DNA of 64,000 nt. Source: an uncultured Methanosarcinaceae archaeon (GTDB taxonomy: Archaea > Halobacteriota > Methanosarcinia > Methanosarcinales > Methanosarcinaceae). Within the stretch, counting starts at the first letter, position 1; each line of letters starts with the position of its first letter. Positions 1-11,721 of the stretch are shown here, piece by piece. A model generated the notes under the pieces. The model saw only the letters and a list, made by a program, of their open reading frames with translations. It was not told the origin of the DNA and ran no database searches. Location of the stretch: positions 352,001 through 416,000 of the forward strand of contig CAVTET010000004.1 of the NCBI GenBank assembly GCA_963733675.1, in the 5' to 3' direction. The position numbers and the translations under genes are program-made.

Positions 1-699
1 TTTCTACGACCACGTAATTTCAGTACTTCGCTTAAAATCTTTTCTCTACTTTTACCCTACCCATTTACCTCATACACACAACTACCAGCCTAACCTGAAC
101 TTTCTACCCAGCATTCCAAAGTGAAAAGTACTAACATATCAAATCCAAACTTTTGAAATATATCGCCTGGGATCCCTGTTTGACACCCATCTAATTTTTT
201 TAAAGGAGTAGTATAATATGTGTTTTAGCGGGAAAGATTATCAATAGTAGGCTCAGGATTGCGCATCTGAAATAAAACTCAAATACTTTAAACATTGTAG
301 CTAATCAAAAAAGAAGATTAAAGAGTGTATAGCAGATTTTACAGAAAATTATGCATGCCACATCTAAGATTAACCTGCATTATTTTTAGAAAAAAAAATC
401 TCAATGTTAAGTTTGTGAAGATCTCCGAAATTAATAAAAACATAATTAATATAAAAATATGTTTTGGTTTTAAAACATTTTATTGGAAAGTAATTTTTAT
501 TCAGAAATTATTTTTTGTATAATTAATTTAAAATAAAGAAAGAGATAATTATACTTTAAATCTTAAAGGAAACTGATAAAGAGTTGGGAAGTTAGAGATT
601 ACCGATAGGATGTGTGAGTACGCAGAGTGGATGTAGAGTATATGGGTAATCATAGAGAATTTTGATAAACTTCCGATCTCAACAAATTGCTTACATTCA

Positions 700-1356
700 C
701 TTTTTTGCTAACTATTTTTTAACTTAAATCATGTCCGTCCATAAATTAGAGATTTTCCAACGCTTCGCAGCGCACCAATTATTGGAATACAATTGAATTG
801 TCGTTGATTATCGTTTACAATTGATTACAATTGATAAAAAGCTAATAAAGTCAGAATTTAGTGGTAAAAGAAAGAGGTTATTGTATGATTGGTCTTGGAG
901 AAATTAACTTTTATGGGGCTAATCTTAAAATAATCAACCTTGAAAGAGCTAACCTTGAAAGAACTAATCTTACAGGAGCTAATCTCCAAGGAGCAAACCT
1001 TTTTATGACTAACCTTAGAGGAGCTAATCTCCAAAGAGCGAATTTTGAAGGAGCTAACCTTGAAAGAGCTCTTCTTGAGATAGCTAATTCTTTTATGGCA
1101 AATCTTGAAAAATCTAGCTTCGGCGGAGCTATCTTTGATGGAACAAACCTTGAAGGAGCTAACCTTACAGGAGCTTTCAATTTATCAATTGACCAGCTAT
1201 CTAAAGTGAGAACGCTTTATAATGCAAAAATAGATGAAGAACTCCTTATACAACTGAAAGAGGAGTTTCCCTCCCTATTTAAATCACTAAAGCAGAAGTT
1301 TCCAGAATATCAGAGCAACCTTTTAGGAGCTAACGCACGCAACAATCTATAGAAAA
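700..1356 (+). repeat. Copy 1 of an inverted segmental duplication (partner 6495-7046)
   Basis: Matches the reverse complement of 6495-7046 except for a 105-bp internal deletion in the partner. Confidence 0.93.
861..1352 (+). CDS. Pentapeptide repeat protein
   Basis: Tandem A(N/D)LxG/R pentapeptides, then the C-terminal LSIDQLSKVRTLYNAKIDEEL motif typical of Methanosarcina pentapeptide proteins. Start uncertain (GTG 861 or ATG 885). Confidence 0.8.
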   Translation: MVKERGYCMIGLGEINFYGANLKIINLERANLERTNLTGANLQGANLFMTNLRGANLQRANFEGANLERALLEIANSFMANLEKSSFGGAIFDGTNLEGANLTGAFNLSIDQLSKVRTLYNAKIDEELLIQLKEEFPSLFKSLKQKFPEYQSNLLGANARNNL

Positions 1357-1399
1357 ACTAAGCCTATAGAGGATTTCAGTAAACCTATTAATTTCGTCA

Positions 1400-2325
1400 T
1401 GTGATCATAAATGGTACACAAATGATTCTTAAAAAATAGATGTTTATTGAAGTCCTCTTTAATCTAATATCACCTTTTTTTGGATCATTAGAAAGATCCC
1501 TGTTTTCTTCAAACCATCTACAGTATTCTTCAGGGCATTGTATCTCAGGGCACTTATGTATATATTCCAGGATATCTCTCATTTTCGCACTGGCCATTGA
1601 TACTGACACATCCTCATTTCCATAATAAATGCAAATTTCATCATCCACTAAGCCCATCCGCAAGGAAAAACAACATCATTAACGTATCCACTACGTTCAT
1701 ACATTTCACGAGGCCCGAAACCCCATTCTTCAGATATGTGAAGCACTTTCATGAGATCTTCAGGATCAAGAAGAGCCAATACAAGTCGATAACTTGCTTT
1801 ATATGTCGTCTGGTGTACTCCATGAGGTTGTGGTGCAAAAATGATATTTCCGCAGTTTGATACTACAATTCTTGCCTTTGGGTACCAGTTTCCCGGTGAG
1901 GGGAATAATTAACTTTCCTAATTGTGAAGGTTTACACTTATTTTGCAACAAAGACATATTTTTGGTACCATAACCGCATATATTACGGCCCATTTTTCTA
2001 TCTCATCAATGTAAGTTATATGTGCATCTTCAATTCCATATATCTATTCAGGGTAGTTTATAGGATCTGGAGCAAAGGTTGGTTTGCTGTCAATCTCCCA
2101 ACCCAGCCATCAATTCCATTCTGACTCCTGGCTCCCGTAAAATGGGAAAAGTTCCTGTGATCTTCGACACGCACCAGTAATAAATTTATACCATTAAAAC
2201 TAAGCGTCTGCAGGGTTAAAGACTGAGTGGGCCTGATCTGGCAAATCTTCAAAGGTAAGTGTAGGATTGGTCTCACATCTTTGGAACAGCTCTCCGTGAT
2301 TTTTCGATATCATGTTATTTTCCTC
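1400..2325 (-). pseudogene. GH130-family glycosidase/phosphorylase pseudogene, interrupted by an IS6-type MITE
   Basis: Minus-strand fragments read ENHGELFQRCETNP..SVFNPA, LLLVRVEDHRNFSHFT, YGIEDAHITYIDE, then HGVHQTT..YRLVLALLD, GPREMYERSGYVNDVVFPCGW and DDEICIYYG. Several stops and frameshifts. Confidence 0.8.
1826..1975. mobile_element. Degenerate 150-bp IS6-derived MITE
   Basis: Ends GGTTGTGGTGCAAAAA and TTTTTGGTACCATAACC resemble the IS6 TIR. The interior aligns with the MITE at 20541-20690. Confidence 0.8.
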
Positions 2326-3062
2326 ATTTTATCTGATTTGCTAATGATATTTTCTTTTTTTTCAGCAGAGCTCTGGCGTCTGCTTCATCATTTACTCTGG
2401 GTTGCAATAATGTACTGAATACTCTCTTTTCATGTTTATTTTAAAGACTAAAAGTCTTGAAGTAACAAATTACGAGTTCTGTATCGTTATTGTAGTTAAT
2501 GCTGTAGCTGCTGAACTTGGCGTAGACAACACTTAGTGTGATAAAAATATAATTAATATTTAAATATTGTTTTATTTTGATACATTCTAAGTAGGAGTAG
2601 CTTTGTTCAGAGGCAATTTTCATGTAATTAATTTGAAATAAACATAGAAATTATTAAACAAAGTTTATTTAACTGAATCATGTAGTAAAACCAATTGGTA
2701 TAATCTACATGTAGTGGATAAATAATGAAAATGAGATTGATAGTTCATTTGTTCTACTTCCCACAGATCTACACAAAAATGTCATATATTTCCTCAATAT
2801 AGAAGTATCTTAAAATTTAGTCTGCATTGTTGTGAATTTGCTGTAATTAGATGTCAAATTTTCGTGTGCTGTAAATACTTTTATTCTTCGATACGAATCA
2901 AATCGAGTCTCCGACTGGAGCACAGGAACGAAGTATAAATTATGAAGAAGTATTCCAGAAAGAAGATTAAAGGGCTAGAGCAAATTTTACAGAAAATCGG
3001 TACATTATTTTTTATGTGTTAAAATTTATTTTTTGAAATCCTGTGACTGTGAGGTTGATAGT

Positions 3063-3167
3063 AAAGTTAAATAAAAAATTGGACCTCTGCCTATTCAAGA
3101 TTCTACCCATATACGTCCTACATTTCTTTTTGCAATTTTTTTACAAATTGCAAGCCCTATTCCTATT
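3063..3167 (-). pseudogene. Histidine kinase HATPase_c C-terminal remnant
   Basis: Minus strand reads [33 protein letters not shown] (G2 box region). Confidence 0.65.
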
Positions 3168-3675
3168 CGAGGACAATCCGTCATTACTTCGGTCAAAGGA
3201 TCATGAGGTCCAGTAGCTTCAGGTCTTCGAGTAATCTACTTAAGAGTTGATAGCACTTGATTTATATGGATTCCAAATCCGTAGTTAAGATTCTCTGCTT
3301 CTTTTAGCCACTTGGGATATTCTTAAAGATCATTTTTCATATTTGTACAATGACCAAAGGGTATGACATTGCATTTAAAAATTTTTATTTAAAATATAAA
3401 GCGTTGATAATACTTTTCATCATGTTTTTAAAATCTAGAATTTGATCTAAGCTCAATTTGCATTGTTTCTTTAGAAAATGTTCAATGTTAAATTTGTGGA
3501 GATCTCTATAATAAAAATTACATAATCAATATTAAATTATTGTTTAAGATTAAAACATTTTATTCAGAAGTAACTTTTATCAAGAAACTATTTTTTGTAT
3601 AATTAATTTAAAATAACTAAGGGGATAACTGTACATTGTAGCTTAAAATGAACAGATTTTGGCAGTTTTAGGTTT

Positions 3676-3979
3676 AAAGTTTATTAATTTTAGTAACTAG
3701 CAGTTTAACTGTCTGAATAATGAATTTGACCAAAATATATATTGTGCTTGATTTTGGGTCTTTAAGTGTACAAGTTCTAGATTTCTTAATCCAATTAAGT
3801 ATGTACTACTGTATGAGTCAGTCCTTAAAAGTTTATTAATTTTAGTAACTAGCAGTTTAACTGTCTGAATAATGAATTTGACCAAAATATATATTGTGCT
3901 TGATTTTGGGTCTTTAAGTGTACAAGTTCTAGATTTCTTAATCCAATTAAGTATGTACTACTGTATGAGTCAGTCCTTA
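3676..3979. repeat. Exact tandem duplication, 2 x 152 bp
   Basis: 3676-3827 is identical to 3828-3979. Confidence 0.95.
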
Positions 3980-4324
3980 TGGAAAAGCTACAGGAATTGT
4001 AGATATCAAAATTCAATGAAAACTTGAATAGTAACATACCAACCTATAACTACATTGGAATTTGAGGTCTTTTAGTCCATGAAGATCTGGAAATATGGGG
4101 AAAATGTATCCAATAATTGAGTACAACATATGTAGGGCAGGCTATTGCCTACTGTGGAGTTTGCCCTATATAGGTTTTTGATATTGAAGTGATTGATAAG
4201 ATAAAAAGGAAGTTGTAGCCCACCCTGAAAATTGATATAATGCGAGCAGTGTGTGTAAGTCTTTACTAAGATACTATCGGGCTTGTTGAAAGCTAAATTC
4301 AAACTCTAAAAAGTGGTGAAAATA

Positions 4325-4480
4325 GTGCATTACAGAATTGATTATAATAAGTGTGTAGGTTTATTGAATGCTATGATGTCCGTCAATGTGGACGTGTTTG
4401 ATGCGGAAGAGGTTACTGGAGGACAGAGGGTGTTTGTAGCACGCTCTGAAGCTATGCTTTATATTGTCCCACAATTGCGT
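4325..4480 (+). pseudogene. 4Fe-4S ferredoxin remnant
   Basis: Frameshifted pieces VHYRIDYNKCVG / ECYDV / DVFDAEEVTGGQRVFVARSE resemble small Methanosarcina ferredoxins. The second Cys motif is lost. Confidence 0.55.
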
Positions 4481-4547
4481 AAATCCTAATATTTATAGAG
4501 CTAGTATCAGAAGTTGAAACGGTGTAATTGCAAATAATTCATTATTT

Positions 4548-4940
4548 TTGACAGCAAGGACGATAAAAGGGGGCAAAATCATCAATATGGATGGAGAACA
4601 TCTGGGAAAGATTGAAGACATAATGATTGATCTAGAAAATGGTAGAGTAGCATATTCAGTACTCTCTTTTGGCAGATTCCTGTGTCTTGGAAATAAACTG
4701 TTTGCTGTTCCCCGTGAAGCTCTTTCAGTGAGGCCACATGAACAAGCTTTCTTTTTTGACGTTGCAAAAAAAATCCTGAAAGAGACCGAAGGCTTTGATA
4801 AGGACGACTGGCCTCTAACTCGTGAGCGGTTAGCTAATATTTATACTTGCTACGGATACAAGCCTTGCTGGCAGACAAGAGTTTTAGAGCAGACAAAAAA
4901 AGAGAGGCCAGGAGAGATAGAAGCAAAAAGAATATCCTAA
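4548..4940 (+). CDS. PRC-barrel domain protein (possibly truncated)
   Basis: GEHLGKIEDIMIDLENGRVAYSVLSFGRFLCLGNKLFAVP and GFDKDDWP motifs. Confidence 0.75.
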   Translation: MTARTIKGGKIINMDGEHLGKIEDIMIDLENGRVAYSVLSFGRFLCLGNKLFAVPREALSVRPHEQAFFFDVAKKILKETEGFDKDDWPLTRERLANIYTCYGYKPCWQTRVLEQTKKERPGEIEAKRIS

Positions 4941-5080
4941 ATAGAAAAGAAGGCAGAATCAAAATAAGAAATAGAAGAAGCTAAAGTTGAGCTATACACC
5001 CCTCTGAAAATAGAAAAAGTAAAAAGAAAGGTCTTTTGGACACTTGCAAGTAAGTAGGTTTTGGTATTGGAGATGAGTCA

Positions 5081-5368
5081 TTGATAAAATCTGATAAAAT
5101 GAGCATATTGCTCTATTTTGGGATAATTTGCAAGCCTGATGGTAAAATAAAGATGAAGAAGGCAGTACATCTTGTGGGTACAGGCATGATTGGCGGAGCA
5201 TTTTGGGGTATTTTGATAGGAATGTTTGCTTTGTTTATCTTAATCGCGAAATGGGCTGAAGATAATGCGCTAGATAAATTAAAAAAGTTCAAAGCAACAA
5301 TAATACGCGCACCTCTTTCTAATGAAGATGAAGTTAACCTTAAAGTCGCTTATTGTGCTGATGAATAA
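5081..5368 (+). pseudogene. DUF1269-like membrane protein remnant
   Basis: DGKIKMKKAVHLVGTGMIGGAFWGILIG joined directly to ALFILIAKWAEDNALDKL..LSNEDEVNLK; the middle appears deleted. Confidence 0.55.
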
Positions 5369-5628
5369 TTAAAAGATTGAGAGGTATCAAGGATAAATGA
5401 GTGAAAAAAATCTTCACAGATTCTAACTACCGGTTTCTTCAATGAATAATATTGTGCAAATAGGCGAACAAATTCTATATATGTGTACATCTGCTGAATG
5501 TTGGATAAATTGAACCTAATGAAGCTAGTTTATAGACGATTTATACAGAGTCGCTCGAGTTTTATGATTTTACAAAAAATCGATACATTGGCGAGCAATC
5601 CTTACTCAAACTATTCATCCTCAAGTGT

Positions 5629-6323
5629 TTATCTTTTTTTCCTGTTAAGTAGCCAGCTTGCAGAGATGAAGACGATAACCGCAATAGCTGTGTAAAACGC
5701 AATAAGTAAAAGAGAACCGTATTTACTCTGCAAGAAAGGATTTGTGTTATCTATCTGCTCATTGGATGGATACATAATATCCTGCGGATCAATGCTATGA
5801 TCCAACTCCAAGGCATGGCCTAATTCATGTTCTGCAATGGCAAGCATTGCTGTATCACTATATGGTACCCATTCCATCCACTGAGAATTTCCAACTTCAA
5901 GTATAATATCTACGGATATAAATCGGCCATTGGCACCACGCCGGATTGTTTCACCTGCAACTTCTTGAGGAGCACCTTGATCTTTCTGCAAGTTTGCATC
6001 CCATCTTATCCTGATATCAGCATCTTCTGAATCCACAATCTCAAAGATAGGGATGTATTTCAGTTTTCCATTTCCACCTCCTGCCCAGTAATTCAGAGCT
6101 TTTTTACATCTGAATAATAGGTGAGACTATAATGGAGAGGAACAATTTTGTTATCTATATATACGGTGATAGGGGAATGATCCCATGGGTGATCTAAAAA
6201 TCTTGGATAACCAACTTCTGAAGCTTTCGAGGTGATGGCCAAAATAAGTATCATTAACGACAGTAAAAATAATAGTTTTATCGTATATCGACAGATTTGG
6301 TTAATATACACCTCCCTCTGCAT
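5629..6323 (-). pseudogene. Matrixin (M10) zinc metalloprotease with one frameshift
   Basis: Signal peptide ORF 6093-6323 plus ORF 5629-6036 carrying HELGHALELDH, a Met-turn (DIMYP) and a C-terminal TM helix. One extra base in the T6 run at 6100-6105 restores DVKKALNYWAGGGNG. Confidence 0.85.
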
Positions 6324-6498
6324 TATTTTAGTCCTTAACTTAATGAATTATACTTTTTATCTCTGAGTGAAAAGTTTCTATTGGAAGCGGCAGAATATCA
6401 TTCTTCATTGTTTTGAACCCTTTTTCAACAAAAACTGTGCATAAAAACATGCTATCCTAAAAATATTTTTTTAAAAATAGAGGGGATTTCGATATTTT

Positions 6499-6885
6499 CT
6501 ATAGATTGTTGCGTGCGTTAGCTCCTAAAAGGTTGCTCTGATATTCTGGAAACTTCTGCTTTAGTGATTTAAATAGGGAGGGAAACTCCTCTTTCAGTTG
6601 TATAAGGAGTTCTTCATCTATTTTTGCATTATAAAGCGTTCTCACTTTAGATAGCTGGTCAATTGATAAATTGAAAGCTCCTGTAAGGTTAGCTCCTTCA
6701 AGGTTTGTTCCATCAAAGATAGCTCCGCCGAAGCTAGATTTTTCAAGATTTGCCATAAAAGAATTAGCTATCTCAAGAAGAGCTCTTTCAAGGTTAGCTC
6801 TTTCAAGGTTGATTATTTTAAGATTAGCCCCATAAAAGTTAATTTCTCCAAGACCAATCATACAATAACCTCTTTCTTTTACCAC
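6499..6885 (-). CDS. Pentapeptide repeat protein, shortened copy of 861-1352
   Basis: Identical protein except for an in-frame loss of 35 aa (7 pentapeptides). Confidence 0.75.
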   Translation of the reverse strand: MVKERGYCMIGLGEINFYGANLKIINLERANLERALLEIANSFMANLEKSSFGGAIFDGTNLEGANLTGAFNLSIDQLSKVRTLYNAKIDEELLIQLKEEFPSLFKSLKQKFPEYQSNLLGANARNNL

Positions 6886-7303
6886 TAAATTCTGACTTTA
6901 TTAGCTTTTTATCAATTGTAATCAATTGTAAACGATAATCAACGACAATTCAATTGTATTCCAATAATTGGTGCGCTGCGAAGCGTTGGAAAATCTCTAA
7001 TTTATGGACGGACATGATTTAAGTTAAAAAATAGTTAGCAAAAAAGCACATTAAAAAAAGAAGATAAATTTTCAGTAAAATCATCAAAATTTACCTGAAG
7101 GCTTTTGAGTTCTTCCAAAAATGATATAAATTTATGAAAACTCAAAATTTTCTAAAATTAAAAATTGAATCTAAAAACAAAAAATGGTCACAAAAAACTC
7201 CAATAATGACGAAAAAATAAATCGTAATGTATGGAGTTTAAGGGATTACCAACATTAAGATTTTATGTTAAATAACCTGAGTTCAGGACCGACTTATAAC
7301 CTA

Positions 7304-7368
7304 TAAAAAAGGTTATGAAAGATTGGAAGATCTCCAGAAACCCTTGATTAACATTTCTAACCCTTTTT
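7304..7368 (-). terminator. Imperfect hairpin plus T-tract after the thermosome gene
   Basis: AAAAAAGGTTATGAAA ... TTTCTAACCCTTTTTT inverted repeat directly after the stop codon. Confidence 0.45.
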
Positions 7369-8997
7369 TTACATGTCTTCCGGCATTTCGCCACCAGGGC
7401 CTGGGCTTGGACCTGCTCTTCCACTACTTGATGAGGCTATTACATCATCGATTCTGAGAATCATGATTGCAGCTTCTGTGGCTGCATTAATTGCCTGCGT
7501 CTTAATTCGGAGAGGTTCAAGAACATTGTTTTCGAACATGTCCTCAATTTTACCACTAAAAACATTAAGGCCTGCACGTTTATTCCCCTTCTCGTGCTGG
7601 GAGCGCATTTCCACAAGCATATCTATTGGGTCAAGCCCTGCATTTTCGGCAAGTGTCTGAGGAATAATTTCGAGTGACTCTGCAAACTTCATAACAGCAA
7701 GCTGTTCTCTGCCTTTAAGGGTTGCTGAGTATTCTTTGAGCCTGAGGGCCAGTTCAATTTCAGGTGAGCCTCCACCCACAACTATCTTCTGGTCTTCGAG
7801 AGCAACACCCACAACTCGGAGAGCGTCTTCGAGAGCTCTCTCAATCCCCTCAACTACATGTTCAGTTCCGCCGCGAAGAAGAATTGAGGTGGTTTTGCTG
7901 TCCTTGCAGCCTGTAACGAAAGTCATCCTGGAACCTGTAACGTCTTTTTCTTCCACAAAACCGGCATAGCCAAGGTCGGATTCTTCAATTTCGTCCATGC
8001 TTGTGATGATCTTTGCACCTGTTGCCCGCGAGAGCTTGTCCATATCGCTCTTCTTGACCCTACGCATGGCGAAAATACCCGCTTTTGTGAGATAATACTG
8101 GGCTAGATCATCAATGCCTTTCTGGCAGAAAACCACTTTTGCACCTGTCCTTATTACCTTTTCCACGATTTCCTTGAGCATGGATTCTTCCTGATCTAAG
8201 AACAACTGCATCTGGTCAGGGGTGGTTATCTTTATTTCGGCTTTTGTTTCGGTTTTCTTGAGTTCTATGGGCACACTCAAGAGCAGAACTTTGGCATCTG
8301 CCACTATTTCGGGCATTCCAGTGTGAACGCGTTCTTTATCAATGATCACACCTTCGATAATTTCGGAGTCCCCAATACTTCCCCCGGGCCTCTTTTCGAT
8401 TTTGATGTCCTCGATATCCACAGTGATCTTTCCATCCTCGTTAGCCTCAACAACTGACTTAACTGCCTTAACTGCAAGCCTGGAAAGGTGTTCCTTATTA
8501 GCCTCTGCGCCCTTACCTGTTATAGCTGTGGCTGCAAGCTTTTCGAGAGTTATAGTATCTTCTGGGGATGCACTAATAGTAATGGTTTCAAGTATCCGTG
8601 CAGCTTGATCTGCTGCAAGCCTATAACCACTTGCAATCACTGTGGGATGAACACCGCTTTCCAGTAGGTATTCTGCCTTTGTCAAGAATTCTCCTGCGAG
8701 CACAGCTGCTGTGGTGGTTCCATCTCCTACTTCAGCATCTTGGGTCTTCGCCACTTCAACGATCATCTTTGCACCTGGGTGCTCGATGTCCATTTCTTTG
8801 AGAATTGTTGCTCCGTCGTTGGTGATAACCACATCACCTAGAGAGTCTACAAGCATCTTGTCCATACCCTTCGGCCCAAGAGTGGTCCTTACTGCCTCAG
8901 CGACTGCCTTTGCGGCCATAATATTGTTGTGCTGAGCATCGGAACCATGGGTTCTCTTGCTGCCTTCCCTTAAAATAAAGATCGGTTGTGCTGCCAA
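7369..8997 (-). CDS. thsA: Thermosome subunit (group II chaperonin)
   Basis: [27 protein letters not shown] and ILRIDDVI motifs; TTG start with an upstream GGAG. Confidence 0.97.
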   Translation of the reverse strand: MAAQPIFILREGSKRTHGSDAQHNNIMAAKAVAEAVRTTLGPKGMDKMLVDSLGDVVITNDGATILKEMDIEHPGAKMIVEVAKTQDAEVGDGTTTAAVLAGEFLTKAEYLLESGVHPTVIASGYRLAADQAARILETITISASPEDTITLEKLAATAITGKGAEANKEHLSRLAVKAVKSVVEANEDGKITVDIEDIKIEKRPGGSIGDSEIIEGVIIDKERVHTGMPEIVADAKVLLLSVPIELKKTETKAEIKITTPDQMQLFLDQEESMLKEIVEKVIRTGAKVVFCQKGIDDLAQYYLTKAGIFAMRRVKKSDMDKLSRATGAKIITSMDEIEESDLGYAGFVEEKDVTGSRMTFVTGCKDSKTTSILLRGGTEHVVEGIERALEDALRVVGVALEDQKIVVGGGSPEIELALRLKEYSATLKGREQLAVMKFAESLEIIPQTLAENAGLDPIDMLVEMRSQHEKGNKRAGLNVFSGKIEDMFENNVLEPLRIKTQAINAATEAAIMILRIDDVIASSSSGRAGPSPGPGGEMPEDM

Positions 8998-9118
8998 GCT
9001 TTAGTCTCCTTTTAATGATATGAATTTATATGGATTTTTATTAATCATATTACTAAAAATATTATACTAAACACATTATTTTTGTGCGTAATTTTACTAT
9101 TCTTAATGCAAGCACTTC

Positions 9119-9135
9119 TATATAAGAATTTCTCT
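9119..9135 (-). promoter_or_regulatory. Putative BRE/TATA promoter of the thermosome gene
   Basis: Minus strand AGAGAAATTCTTATATA, about 120 nt upstream of the start. Confidence 0.4.
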
Positions 9136-9354
9136 GAAACTTAGTCTTTAAAATAGAAAATGGAGCCAACTGAATCTTTTAACCTTAGGTTGAAAGTATC
9201 CACTAATTTCTAATGAAAATCAATCCTATTTTTAGTTCAAATTGATTTGACAAGATTTAATTATTATATAATATTTGATAACTGATTCCACAAAATAGTC
9301 TCCATTTTTGTCACAATTAAGCTACTATAATTGTCAAAATCAGCAAAAATATAC

Positions 9355-10835
9355 ATAACTATTCAGGTATCTTTATATGTGACCACACAATTTTTCCTCA
9401 TAAGGAGAAAAATTGGATGTAAAATGAACTCTTTTTATTGCTGATGAAAAAGAAAAGATTCTTGTTCTGTGTGCTCAAAATCCTAAAGTTATTGCTTATA
9501 TTGAAAGTCTTGAATCTCAAATTAAATAACCCACTGAAAGATCAGAGGATTTCAGTAAACATCTGATTTTCAAGAGTCATTTATATACAATTTATAAGCA
9601 CATAACAAAATTTAGGGTTTATCGACATTTTCATTAATCTTATTAGGATCTCGCTTGAATAAAAACAATCATAACAGTAACAAATCTCCTTTGAATGATG
9701 TTCTTGTTAAGATAAATAATCCAACGAGTCACCACAAAAAGGATCTCAAGAAACCTTGAGATCAACAAAGTTATTTAAAAAAATTATTTAAATGTTTAAT
9801 GATTCTGATTGACTAATCGAAAATTCTTTGAACTACTGTGAAGAATTTAGCCACTCTATTGAGAATATTGAAATCTAAGCTGATCAGAAAAGATAAACTG
9901 TTGACATTTCAGTTACAAATCTTATTTTTCAGAACATCGAAGTCAGATGAAGATCTTTCCTTAATGTAGAAGATTAAATAAAGGTGTTTTTCCAGAATCA
10001 GTGAAATATACAGTCCAATATGATTCAAGTATTATAGGCTCAGCAATCTACTATAAAAGCTACCAATTTAGCTCTTATGGAAGGATTATCGAGTTTTTTG
10101 ATAGTTTTGGGGGATCAAAGAACGAAAATCAAGAAAAAAGGATATTGCTTCATGTAACTTTCAATGACAAATGCATATTTTAGCTTTCTTATCTATAAAG
10201 AAAATCTAAAGCATTAGAAGCTATGGAAATTCTTGCAAGTTTAAAGGAATAACAATTTATGGTGAATGGGAACCCTCAGCAGTTATAGAATTATACTGCT
10301 CATCTTCAGATAGAACTTAATGTTTGAAGAGAATTATAAACAACAATCAGCTAAAGGGATTAATATATTTTAATAGAAATTAAAAAAACACACTGATTGA
10401 ATGTAAAGAGCAACTTCAATTGTTGAATTTTTAGCAAATCAAAGCGTTGGAAGAAAAGTTAGATTCCGTAGTCACTAAAGGACTTGAAGGGAATGCACCT
10501 TTTTTAGACCCTTAAAAACAAGAAAAAAGCTGTGTAAATTCAAAAACAAGCCTCAAATCTAACTTTGATCACGGATGTAAAATTAGCCTTTGAGACAATC
10601 CCACTCCCAATGCATTTGTGCAAATTTACAGAATGTTTGTATATCAACCTGAAGGAATTTATTTGTTGTATCTTTGATTTCGGAAATTTAGTTGCAGATT
10701 CAAGATAATTTGTAAATATGTGAAGCATTAAATGAAATAGTAAGAACTTCTTGATAGCTATAATTTGCTTCATAATGTGAAGTTATCATATCAATTATGT
10801 TAAATAATTCCAAAAATACAATAAGTTAACTAGTT
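9355..10835 (+). mobile_element. Highly decayed IS66-family element with a nested MITE
   Basis: Fragments ILVLCAQNPKVIAYIESLESQIK and LGSRLNKNNHNSNKSP..KKP resemble the N-terminus of Methanosarcina IS66 transposases. Many stops; boundaries approximate. Confidence 0.6.
9544..9633. mobile_element. Short MITE, AGAGGATTTC(A/G)-end family
   Basis: AGAGGATTTCAGTAAAC ... GGTTTATCGACATTTTC; splits the IS66 coding relic. Confidence 0.6.
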
Positions 10836-11030
10836 GTATCTGTACTAGAAATGGAGTCATTTTTTTGCAAGAATCAACGACTTAATTACCTTAAATAATT
10901 TTATGATTTTTTTCTTATCGTAGAAATGGTTTAGTAACTGACAGGATTCGAAACTACTGAAAACACATTAATTTATATATAAAACCAGTATCATGATTTA
11001 AGGAACATGAAGACATTAGACTGAGCTGAT

Positions 11031-11204
11031 ATGATGCAAAGTAATGAGCTCATTAAAGAGCAGGTAATACAATTAAAAATAGAAATCGCGCAGTTAGAAG
11101 TGGAAGTTAATAAATTACAAGTTACGATACACGAAAAAAAATATGCTTTGAATAGATTGTGTGAACTTTTAGAAATAAGAGATGTAGCTTTAAATGACAA
11201 ATAA
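11031..11204 (+). CDS. Small coiled-coil protein (57 aa, below the ORF-track cut-off)
   Basis: MMQSNELIKEQVIQLKIEIAQLEVEVNKLQVTIHEKKYALNRLCELLEIRDVALNDK*. Heptad pattern; RBS-like GAGCTGA upstream. Confidence 0.55.
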   Translation: MMQSNELIKEQVIQLKIEIAQLEVEVNKLQVTIHEKKYALNRLCELLEIRDVALNDK

Positions 11205-11721
11205 ATGGATTAGAATCATTCATTTGATGCATCTGATGACCAAACTCAACACAAACGAGTTTGTAAAAATCAGCATGTTTTAGGTAGTTTGATTCTCATG
11301 CGACTATTTGGTAGTTAACCAACGTAAGCCCTAAGGATACATTTGTTTCAATTATTTTGTTAGTGAATCTATATGATATGACCACTATCTGACTTGAAAT
11401 GTACTGTTACAATCCTTTTTGTTTTTGTAACAATTCCCTTTTGCCTTCAAATCAAGATTTTTATCAATCAAGTAACTTATTTACTACCCTTTTAACCCAT
11501 AAAACTAGGTTTATGATTTAAAAACGAGAATAGATTTTTTACAATACTTCATACAAAAACTATTTGGCATCATATATTATATACACAATGTTTCTCATGA
11601 ATTAGCTCCTTTACTTATAGTAAAAAGATTGTATAAAATAAAAATCAGTTCATTAATAGCTGTTCTAAGAGAGATTTCCATCCCCGAAACAAGCTTCACT
11701 GTATTTGATTGAAATGAAAAA

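Noticed and set aside
40-655. Weak inverted similarity between C-rich 40-115 and G-rich 575-655
   Set aside because: Too degenerate to separate from compositional skew by eye.
2905-2915. GAGTCTCCGAC shared with 17901-17911
   Set aside because: An 11-bp match is expected by chance in 64 kb.
3697-4037. Two 62-aa ORFs with identical C-termini
   Set aside because: They are a by-product of the 152-bp tandem duplication and show no protein features.
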